Source: a virus (taxonomy: Duplodnaviria; Caudoviricetes). Taken from it: a DNA stretch of 64,000 nt. The stretch spans positions 64,001 to 128,000 of the IMG/VR virus record IMGVR_UViG_3300046786_000293; one strand, written 5' to 3'. Made by a program: the position numbers and the translations under genes. The notes beneath the pieces were generated by a model, which was not told the origin of the DNA, did not search any database, and saw only the letters and a program-made list of their open reading frames with translations. Position 1 is the first letter of the stretch; every line of letters starts with the position of its first letter. Shown here in pieces: positions 55,895 to 62,602 of the stretch.

Positions 55895-55986
55895 TGGTGG
55901 AAGCGGTGAGATTCGAACTCACGGTGCCATTTCTGACACGCTAGTTTTCAAGACTAGAGCAATAAGCCGGGCTCTGCCACACTTCC
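55895..55986 (-). tRNA. tRNA-Ser(UGA)
   Basis: Loop CUUGAAA, long variable arm, A73, CCA. Confidence 0.88.
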
Positions 55987-56005
55987 ATGAAAAACTAAAA
56001 AGGAT

Positions 56006-56081
<76 letters not shown>

Positions 56082-56086
56082 AAATT

Positions 56087-56161
56087 TGGTGCCGACTATC
56101 GGATTCGAACTGATGACCTATCGCTTACAAGGCGATTGCACTACCACTGTGCTAAGTCGGC
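56087..56161 (-). tRNA. tRNA-Thr(UGU)
   Basis: Loop CUUGUAA, CCA. Confidence 0.9.
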
Positions 56162-56184
56162 AAATTTGTTTAAATACTTATACC

Positions 56185-56358
56185 ATGGCTGACTCTAAAA
56201 ATAATTTTGTACTTTTATACGAGTTATACGCCAATCAAGCATATACAAGTCCAGCCAGTTATACTAACACTAAAGAGTTTATTGTAAACGAAACTTTTTC
56301 TAACGTCAAGCAAGAATTTGTTCCTTGTACAATACCTCAAATTTGGCGGAACGACTGA
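56185..56358 (+). CDS. Possible small antisense ORF
   Basis: ATG 56185 after TAAATA; 57 aa; 3' end overlaps tRNA-Ser(GCU). Confidence 0.35.
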   Translation: MADSKNNFVLLYELYANQAYTSPASYTNTKEFIVNETFSNVKQEFVPCTIPQIWRND

Positions 56359-56433
56359 GACTCGAACTCAGAAACCGGCTTTCACCGATCGACGGATTAG
56401 CAATCCGCTCCAATACCATTATGGGACCGTTCC
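56344..56433 (-). tRNA. tRNA-Ser(GCU)
   Basis: Loop UUGCUAA, long variable arm, CCA. Confidence 0.9.
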
Positions 56434-56456
56434 TTTAACTTATTTAACAATAAAAT

Positions 56457-56531
56457 TGGCGACCCGTAGGAGAATCGAACTCCTATATCCGATTAGACAG
56501 ACCGGTATAATAACCACTATATGAACGGGCC
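56457..56531 (-). tRNA. tRNA-Asp(GUC), canonical
   Basis: Loop CUGUCUA, G73, CCA. Confidence 0.9.
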
Positions 56532-56538
56532 AATAACT

Positions 56539-56623
56539 TGGTGGAGACGGTGTGAGTCGAACACACAGTGCCAGAGGCGGCGGATTTACAGTCCACTGGG
56601 GTTACCAATTTTCCTACATCTCC
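56539..56623 (-). tRNA. tRNA-Tyr(GUA)
   Basis: Loop CUGUAAA, variable arm, CCA. Confidence 0.9.
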
Positions 56624-56629
56624 AAAACT

Positions 56630-56704
56630 TGGAAGAGCTACGGGGAGTCGAACCCCGCTTCTCAGGATGAAAACCTGATGTCCTAACCGATAGACGATAG
56701 CTCC
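56630..56704 (-). tRNA. tRNA-Glu(UUC), second copy with U73
   Basis: Loop UUUUCAU, CCA. Confidence 0.85.
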
Positions 56705-56710
56705 AAAATC

Positions 56711-56845
56711 ATTATATGTAAACACATCAGCGGTCTACTGTACGCTGTGATTGAACACTAGGACTTAGTATAAGTCGTCCGCGACTCCGCATCTTTTTAA
56801 CACAAGTCCTGCGGTTGCTTGTGAGCCAATATGCTTACATATAAT
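56711..56845 (-). ncRNA. AU-stem-closed small RNA, family 2 copy 4
   Basis: AUUAUAUGUAAGCAUAU ... AUGUGUUUACAUAUAAU. Confidence 0.55.
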
Positions 56846-56849
56846 GACA

Positions 56850-56938
56850 CTATATGAAAACACACTAAAAGGGATCTATACCGCCATCTGACTTATTGCC
56901 TGTTCAGTATAAAAGGGATCTAGTGCGTTTACATATAG
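56850..56938 (-). ncRNA. AU-stem-closed small RNA, family 2 copy 5
   Basis: CUAUAUGUAAACGCACUAG ... UUAGUGUGUUUUCAUAUAG. Confidence 0.55.
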
Positions 56939-57019
56939 AGCCTGCTTCACAGCAGGATATATGTGAATTAAATTTTTAAAGAACTTGTTCGTCAGTTATT
57001 GCTAACTGTCTAAGTATCT

Positions 57020-57048
57020 ATTATAGCAAAAAACCGAATTATTGTCAA
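57020..57048 (-). promoter_or_regulatory. sigma70 consensus promoter inside tRNA array
   Basis: TTGACA-17 nt-TATAAT. Confidence 0.85.
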
Positions 57049-57093
57049 AGACCCTTTTTACCACAGGGTTTTGTAATACTTCAGTTTTAAGAT

Positions 57094-57171
57094 TGGAGCA
57101 TCGGGTAGGATTTGAACCTACGGGGTTACGGGTTTGCAATCCGTTGCATTGGACCTCTCTGCCACCGATGC
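57094..57171 (-). tRNA. tRNA-Cys(GCA)
   Basis: Loop UUGCAAA, U73, CCA. Confidence 0.9.
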
Positions 57172-57178
57172 ATTATAA

Positions 57179-57235
57179 AACAGGATACATTTTTTCTTTT
57201 ATACCAAAAAAGTTAAAAGTTGCTGTTAGTATCCT
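57179..57235 (-). ncRNA. CAGCAA-module RNA F
   Basis: AGGAUAC-UAA-CAGCAA ... GUAUCCU-GUU. Confidence 0.7.
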
Positions 57236-57241
57236 AAAACT

Positions 57242-57317
57242 TGGTGGACCAGACAGGACTCGAACCCGCCACCCCCACGGTGCAAACGTGGTGCTCTCCC
57301 AGATGAGCTACTGGCCC
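57242..57317 (-). tRNA. tRNA-Ala(UGC), second copy
   Basis: Loop UUUGCAC, G3-U70, CCA. Confidence 0.92.
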
Positions 57318-57319
57318 TT

Positions 57320-57472
57320 TTAACTTGGAACTGTATGCGGAATGTATGGAACATTGCGAGGACCACCGTAAAGTTGTTCAAATAGCTTTTTAGCTTCTTT
57401 GACGTCAGATGCGTATATACGCACCTTTCTATCACCTTCAGGAGTCCTAACAGTAGTTTCGTACATTGGCAT
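57320..57472 (-). CDS. Small hypothetical protein
   Basis: MPMYETTVRTPEG..., 50 aa, RBS AAGGA; start refined to ATG 57472. Confidence 0.7.
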   Translation of the reverse strand: MPMYETTVRTPEGDRKVRIYASDVKEAKKLFEQLYGGPRNVPYIPHTVPS

Positions 57473-57487
57473 GCCAATTTCCTTAAA

Positions 57488-57564
57488 TGGTCGGAGTGGC
57501 AAGATTCGAACTCGCGACATCTTGGTCCCAAACCAAGCGGTCTACCAGGCTGACCTACACTCCG
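57488..57564 (-). tRNA. tRNA-Pro(UGG), second copy
   Basis: Loop UUUGGGA, C1-G72, CCA. Confidence 0.9.
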
Positions 57565-57569
57565 TATCC

Positions 57570-57644
57570 TGGTGCATCGTGAGAGGGTTGAACTCCCGAC
57601 CTTGGCCTTGTAAGGGCCCTGCTCTACCACTGAGCTAACGATGC
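57570..57644 (-). tRNA. tRNA-Val(UAC)
   Basis: Loop CUUACAA, CCA. Confidence 0.9.
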
Positions 57645-57649
57645 AAAAT

Positions 57650-57725
57650 TGGTTGCAGAGGAGGGAATCGAACCCCCGACCTCAAGGTTATGAGCCTTGC
57701 CAGATACCGCTTCTAACACTCTGCT
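57650..57725 (-). tRNA. tRNA-CAU, probable initiator fMet
   Basis: Loop CUCAUAA, A1-A72 mismatch, CCA. Confidence 0.8.
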
Positions 57726-58001
57726 TCAATTTTAAAAGTATACAACCTTTCACAAACAGAGCCTGTCTTATCAGCAGGGTGCGTTATACACTTATAAAAT
57801 TGTTCAGCTACCTACACCACATAGGCCCTAAACTGAGCGGTTGCTCTGTCCACGTTACCGTCGTTTGGTCCGGCTTACGTCAACCTAGGATATTCTCAAG
57901 TCGCCGATATAAAGCCGGCCTTGAAGTAGATCCTACGCACTCTGCTCTTATGGTTTGGCAATTACCCACTTCTTTAACGTAGAAGTGTAGACGGGGTCTG
58001 T

Positions 58002-58076
58002 ATGGAGCGGCGTGCGAGAATCGAACTCGCGACTTTAGCTTGGAAGGCTAAGGTAATACCATTTTACGAACGCCGC
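58002..58076 (-). tRNA. tRNA-Gly(UCC)
   Basis: Loop CUUCCAA, U73, CCA. Confidence 0.92.
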
Positions 58077-58093
58077 ACAATTTTACTTATGCT

Positions 58094-58177
58094 TGGTGCC
58101 CCAGGGGAGACTCGAACTCCCACGCCTCTCGACACTGGCTTCTAAGACCAGCGTGTCTACCATTCCACCACCAGGGC
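58094..58177 (-). tRNA. tRNA-Leu(UAG)
   Basis: Loop CUUAGAA, variable arm, CCA. Confidence 0.92.
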
Positions 58178-58183
58178 AAAATT

Positions 58184-58260
58184 TGGCTCCCCGAGCTGGG
58201 CTCGAACCAGCGACACCTTGATTAACAGTCAAGTGCTTCTACCAACTGAGCTATCAGGGA
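58184..58260 (-). tRNA. tRNA-Asn(GUU), second copy
   Basis: Loop CUGUUAA, G73, CCA. Confidence 0.92.
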
Positions 58261-58281
58261 ATAAATTTTTAACTTGTATCT

Positions 58282-58310
58282 ATTATATAGTCTAATCTAA
58301 TTTGTGTCAA
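58282..58310 (-). promoter_or_regulatory. sigma70 consensus promoter at head of main tRNA run
   Basis: TTGACA-17 nt-TATAAT. Confidence 0.85.
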
Positions 58311-58314
58311 CAAC

Positions 58315-58530
58315 TTATTTGATTTTTTTCAAATAGTCTCTACCAATTAGACCAGCTTCAATTTCTTCTAAGGCTGCAACGATCGGTGTGCTAGTTGTAG
58401 TAACCTTAGGTACTGCACCTTTACGCAGTTCACGAACACGTTGAGCTCCCACCAGGATCAAATCAAATCTGTTACCAATATTAGCAACACATTTGTCTGT
58501 GTCATTCATTACACGATTTTCTTTTTTCAT
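58315..58530 (-). CDS. rpoZ: RNA polymerase omega subunit homolog
   Basis: IGNRFDLILVGAQRVREL..G..P, ALEEIEAG. Confidence 0.85.
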   Translation of the reverse strand: MKKENRVMNDTDKCVANIGNRFDLILVGAQRVRELRKGAVPKVTTTSTPIVAALEEIEAGLIGRDYLKKIK

Positions 58531-58547
58531 AACTGCCTTAAAATTGT

Positions 58548-58577
58548 ATTATACTACCTATTGGTGGTTAGTGTCAA
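58548..58577 (-). promoter_or_regulatory. sigma70-type promoter for rpoZ
   Basis: TTGACA-18 nt-TATAAT. Confidence 0.75.
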
Positions 58578-58623
58578 GTCTAACGCGGAGCCCGTCAGAA
58601 GGACCCGGCAATTTTCATCCAAA

Positions 58624-58699
58624 GGTATTCTAAAACACACTTGATCCGTACCCTCTATCTGTTAGGACTGCTCTCGGGATTAGTATGTTTTAGAATACC
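58624..58699 (-). ncRNA. AU-stem-closed small RNA, family 2 divergent copy 6
   Basis: GGUAUUCUAAAACAUAC ... GUGUGUUUUAGAAUACC. Confidence 0.45.
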
Positions 58700-58842
58700 C
58701 TGCGTTGCCGCAGGATATGATAGGGTTGTACCCTACCCAGTAATTTATACTAGTGCGTTCTCGCCACACGTTCATCCTACTGTCCGCCCATTTGATACAT
58801 TTAACGCTGTATTCCGGCTCGCGTTGCCTATTCACGTTTGAG

Positions 58843-59004
58843 TTATGCTAGAGTCTTTGTTGCTAACTTTCTAAGTTGATTAGACTGAACTTTAGCACGT
58901 TCGAACTTTTCTGCTAATTTCTTTCGAAAGTCCGCATCTGTCAAAGTATACTCTGTAGTCCACCTAACTTCTCTCATTTGTTTTGCAATGTTTACTTTCT
59001 TCAT
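58843..59004 (-). CDS. Small basic protein downstream of attenuator
   Basis: MKKVNIAKQMREVRWTTEY..., 53 aa, RBS AAGGA; start refined to ATG 59004. Confidence 0.7.
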   Translation of the reverse strand: MKKVNIAKQMREVRWTTEYTLTDADFRKKLAEKFERAKVQSNQLRKLATKTLA

Positions 59005-59017
59005 AATTCCTTTATAT

Positions 59018-59053
59018 AAAAACAAAACCCCAGGGTGTTTAGTCCTGGGGTCC
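59018..59053 (-). terminator. Conditional intrinsic terminator of attenuator
   Basis: ACCCCAGG-(9 nt)-CCUGGGGU followed by UUUGUUUUU. Confidence 0.88.
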
Positions 59054-59071
59054 TTTTGAAGTATTTTGAGA

Positions 59072-59230
59072 TTATACTCTGGGTATTTTCTCTGCTCCAA
59101 TGGACCCCGGGGCAATCCCCTCTGGTGTGCGATCATTACTTTGTAGACTAATCACAGACCAATAGGTGGGCATAAAGCCTCCCTGTTTGGCTATGCAATG
59201 TTGTGACGATAATGATCTAATGTTGTTCAT
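59072..59230 (-). CDS. Leader peptide (52 aa) containing all 20 amino acids (not in ORF track)
   Basis: MNNIRSLSSQHCIAKQGGFMPTYWSVISLQSNDRTPEGIAPGSIGAEKIPRV; stop lies inside the antiterminator hairpin. Confidence 0.75.
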   Translation of the reverse strand: MNNIRSLSSQHCIAKQGGFMPTYWSVISLQSNDRTPEGIAPGSIGAEKIPRV

Positions 59231-59240
59231 AACAGTTTCT

Positions 59241-59269
59241 ATTGTAATTTATTTATGCCTTGTTGTCAA
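59241..59269 (-). promoter_or_regulatory. sigma70 promoter of leader (ATAAATA embedded in spacer)
   Basis: TTGACA-17 nt-TACAAT, 10 nt before leader ATG. Confidence 0.85.
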
Positions 59270-59318
59270 CTACTTTTGGTAATCTTTAAAATATTTATAC
59301 TTTTGTTTTAAACTAAGT

Positions 59319-60854
59319 TCAGCTACGGATGTTATCTTTTAACATTTTTAGTAATGCAGTTTTATACTCGTAGATGAACCATGGTTTTATTATATGTTCT
59401 ATTTCATGAAAGTCAAATGTTGGTTGAGTTGATTTCATCAACTCGGATAAATCAATTCCATAAGTCGACATGGCAAATGCAGTATGTGCTGGTAATTTAA
59501 AATTAGTAGCAGATGTCCGACTAATTCTATTAAATTCGTCTGCAATTTCTATTGCCTTTGCACTGTCCATGAATTCATTTTTCCAATTAAGGTCTGCTTG
59601 ATTATCCGGGGTCCCAGTGTCTATGTACCCGTACTGTTTATAATTTTTGTCAAATTCGCTAGAAAAATTACTATCGTATATTTTTGTAATTCGTAGACCA
59701 TTGAAAGCCCAAGAATCTAAAGGAATTTGGCTAGATAATAATTGCTCAAAGGTTTCTTGAATGTGTGTAAGTGATTCTTTTGGTAGCCCGACAATAAAAC
59801 TACCATGCAATGAAACTGAATCTCCGTAACGATGTTTAATAGTTTGTATAGTTTCTATTTGTTTTTTTCTATCGTACCCCTTACCAACAATACGACCCGT
59901 TTCTAAATTTAATGTTTCTATACCAAAATAAAAACCCCTAACACCAATAGCATATAGTAGATCAATGGTTTCTGGACGAGTACACAGAAGATCCAATCTG
60001 ATGTATGCCCAAAATTTTGGTTGGAACGGTAAGCGGTTTATCGCGCTTAAAATTAAATTTAATTTATCCGGGTGATCATTGAAAGTATCATCAACTATCA
60101 AATAATTTGTTACTCCAAATTTATTATAATTATCTAAAAGTTCTGTGTAAATGTTTTCAGCTGATTTTATGTAATCTAAATTAGACTTACCATTCATTGG
60201 ATAACTACAAAATTTGCATCTAAAAATACACCCTCGACCAATTTCAAGAGGTAAAGTTTTATGATTAACTACGTCGGTTTTTTCCCACACCATATCTTCT
60301 TTACTAAACTCGTAACCGGGAACCAATGATCCATCTATTACAATTTTACCATGAATATTTTTTATACTGTTTGACAATGCAGTTCCGTTGATCAAATGAT
60401 CAACAATGTTTACTATTGCGGCTTCACTGAAGCCTAAGCAAACGTAGTTTACGTTTTTATTAGAAATATTCTTGTTGGAAAGTTTATTGCCGCCGGCAAC
60501 CACTTTAATATTTTTTCCAATTTCATTAATGTATTCAAATATTTCACGCTCAAATTTCTCGCCTTGAGGGAACATGCCCGAGTGGGAGATAGGCATGCAT
60601 TCTGTTATATCTTCTTTAGAAGTTGTTTCGTTACTTTTAAAGAATGTTCTACTAAATCCTATTAGAACAGTTTTATCTGAAATTGCTACAGATAATAATT
60701 CTTTTAATTCACTTATGGTATATTCCGACAAATGCCCTACAACTAAACAACTATATCCGTTTTTTCTTAGTGCATGAGCACATTTAAATGCACCGATGCT
60801 TAAACTACTTACAATCTTATCTGTTACATCAGTGAATAATATTACGTTGTACAT
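59319..60854 (-). CDS. B12-binding-domain radical SAM protein
   Basis: RGCIFRCKFC (CxxxCxxC), VDDTFND, FGIET, SFIVGLP. Confidence 0.9.
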   Translation of the reverse strand: MYNVILFTDVTDKIVSSLSIGAFKCAHALRKNGYSCLVVGHLSEYTISELKELLSVAISDKTVLIGFSRTFFKSNETTSKEDITECMPISHSGMFPQGEKFEREIFEYINEIGKNIKVVAGGNKLSNKNISNKNVNYVCLGFSEAAIVNIVDHLINGTALSNSIKNIHGKIVIDGSLVPGYEFSKEDMVWEKTDVVNHKTLPLEIGRGCIFRCKFCSYPMNGKSNLDYIKSAENIYTELLDNYNKFGVTNYLIVDDTFNDHPDKLNLILSAINRLPFQPKFWAYIRLDLLCTRPETIDLLYAIGVRGFYFGIETLNLETGRIVGKGYDRKKQIETIQTIKHRYGDSVSLHGSFIVGLPKESLTHIQETFEQLLSSQIPLDSWAFNGLRITKIYDSNFSSEFDKNYKQYGYIDTGTPDNQADLNWKNEFMDSAKAIEIADEFNRISRTSATNFKLPAHTAFAMSTYGIDLSELMKSTQPTFDFHEIEHIIKPWFIYEYKTALLKMLKDNIRS

Positions 60855-60870
60855 CTAAACATATTTAATT

Positions 60871-60955
60871 TGGTGCTCCGACCCGGAATCGAACCGGGAA
60901 GCCGTTAGGCGGCAGATTTTAAGTCTGCTATGTTTACCTATTTCATCATCGGAGC
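60871..60955 (-). tRNA. tRNA-Leu(UAA), second copy
   Basis: Loop CUUAAAA, variable arm, CCA. Confidence 0.92.
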
Positions 60956-60985
60956 ATTCGTTAAAGTTGTATTTTACTATATATC

Positions 60986-62038
60986 CTATTTGTTGTCAAC
61001 GGGTTCAAACAAGTGATTTATTTTATATTGTTGCTCATTAACAAAACTATAAAACCTGTCTCTATTGTACAACAAATCGGGTAGCATGTCACGATACATT
61101 TCTTCCAATTGTGTTCTTGGCAATTTATTAAGATAGTCGATTACCGAAACTATTTGATCACATATTTGATGATCTGATATATTTTCACAGTCTATGTGGG
61201 GCCAATAATTTTCAAAAGTCTTAAAACCCTGTTGTCTTAACCAAGAATAAATTTTCGTTTGACCGTTAATTAAAAACGGTCTTAGACCTAATATCGATTT
61301 CCATGTTTTTTCTGTTATAAATACACTTTTAAAACTTGGGAATTCTGTTTCACTGATCACCGTCAGGAAGTGCTTTTGCCAAATTTCTAAATTCCCCAAA
61401 CTGTGAATATCATTGGGGATTCCAAATTGCATACTCTTGTCACCTAACGAATCGTTAGGACTTTCTCCTAGATTGAACTGTAAAGGATTGTCATCTAATA
61501 AACTATAAACTTTATCGTTTTTACCTAGCGTAAGTATTCCACACTCACGTAAGCCTGCACTTACTAATTTTTGAGCTAACTCAACTCTGTGAACTCTTGG
61601 TTTTCTATTGTAATTTAAATACACATGGTCGGCTTTTTCTAATAGAATTTCTGAGTCTTCATATTTTTTAAAATACTTTGGCAAAAGTGTACTTATAAAA
61701 TTGAAAGAATACTGTCCTTCAAAATTTCCAAGATAATAATGATTTTTTGCGCCAGCTTTCAGAGATAGTTCATTTAATACCTGATTATCTAGATATGCAG
61801 GATCAACAGATGCTAACCAGAATATGTTATCAAACTTTTTAGAGTCAACAATTTTTAAAAATTTTTGATATTGCCCATTAGTAAATTGCGGGCCGAACCA
61901 TGTTGTGTTTATTAGTAAATTTTTTTCATCTGAAAAAGTTTTATTGATTTGTAATATTATATTTTCGATTAATTTATTTTCGTCCCGCCACCATATATGA
62001 TTACTCTGAAATGTAGTCCCCACAAATTCTATTGTCAT
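60986..62038 (-). CDS. Hypothetical protein (glycan-related phage family), paralog of 52178-53200
   Basis: YLNYNRKPR.HR, TVISET, FITEKTWK..LG.RPF, GFKTF, LLYN. Confidence 0.75.
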   Translation of the reverse strand: MTIEFVGTTFQSNHIWWRDENKLIENIILQINKTFSDEKNLLINTTWFGPQFTNGQYQKFLKIVDSKKFDNIFWLASVDPAYLDNQVLNELSLKAGAKNHYYLGNFEGQYSFNFISTLLPKYFKKYEDSEILLEKADHVYLNYNRKPRVHRVELAQKLVSAGLRECGILTLGKNDKVYSLLDDNPLQFNLGESPNDSLGDKSMQFGIPNDIHSLGNLEIWQKHFLTVISETEFPSFKSVFITEKTWKSILGLRPFLINGQTKIYSWLRQQGFKTFENYWPHIDCENISDHQICDQIVSVIDYLNKLPRTQLEEMYRDMLPDLLYNRDRFYSFVNEQQYKINHLFEPVDNK

Positions 62039-62039
62039 A

Positions 62040-62282
62040 TTAATAATTTCTTGTCAATGCCATATAGCTCATCCACTGCAAAAAAGCATTGTACACTGTT
62101 ACTGCTTCTTTGTCATCCTGCGGAACCTTTACGCCGCGAACCCAAAATCCATCGTTTGTGATCTTAAGCATTTCGGTTTCGCCTGTGGTCATTATAACAT
62201 GAGCGGTGGGCTCTGTGTCTGCTATAGTAAAAACCGGACGAGGAGTCGGCTTACCGGTCAATTCGTTCCAATCAATTTCCAT
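62040..62282 (-). CDS. Hypothetical protein
   Basis: 80 aa. Confidence 0.7.
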   Translation of the reverse strand: MEIDWNELTGKPTPRPVFTIADTEPTAHVIMTTGETEMLKITNDGFWVRGVKVPQDDKEAVTVYNAFLQWMSYMALTRNY

Positions 62283-62479
62283 AGAATGTCCACAGCTTCT
62301 TCGTTTAGAAAGAATTGTGCTTTAACCATTTCTTCATCAGGGTTTTTGCCGTCTTTCCAAACTGTAGTAAACTTCAACTCGTAGGTGTTACCTTGTGCAT
62401 TTTTGTTTGCTAAAGAGGCAATAGGTTGCATCTCTGCGTACAGTTGAAATCCTGCGTTGTCTTGAAGTAATCTTTTCAT
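62258..62479 (-). CDS. Hypothetical protein
   Basis: Start refined to ATG 62479 (MKRLLQDNAG) downstream of tRNA. Confidence 0.65.
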   Translation of the reverse strand: MKRLLQDNAGFQLYAEMQPIASLANKNAQGNTYELKFTTVWKDGKNPDEEMVKAQFFLNEEAVDILWKLIGTN

Positions 62480-62487
62480 AGTTAAAA

Positions 62488-62564
62488 TGGTGCGCCCGGA
62501 GGGACTTGAACCCGCGACCAATGGATTATGAGTCCACTGCTCTAACCAACTGAGCTACAGGCGC
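62488..62564 (-). tRNA. tRNA-CAU, probable Ile2 (lysidine type)
   Basis: Loop CUCAUAA; AGCUCAGUUGGUUAGAGCA...UGGUCGCGGGUUCAAGU resembles bacterial Ile2. Confidence 0.82.
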
Positions 62565-62573
62565 AATAGATGT

Positions 62574-62602
62574 ATTATATATGATTTTGCAATTTACGTC
62601 AA
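62574..62602 (-). promoter_or_regulatory. sigma70-type promoter
   Basis: TTGACG-17 nt-TATAAT. Confidence 0.75.

Noticed and set aside
58843-59136. 97-aa ORF as given in the track
   Set aside because: Its N-terminal half runs through the antiterminator/terminator in a different frame from the leader peptide; the RBS supports a start at 59004.
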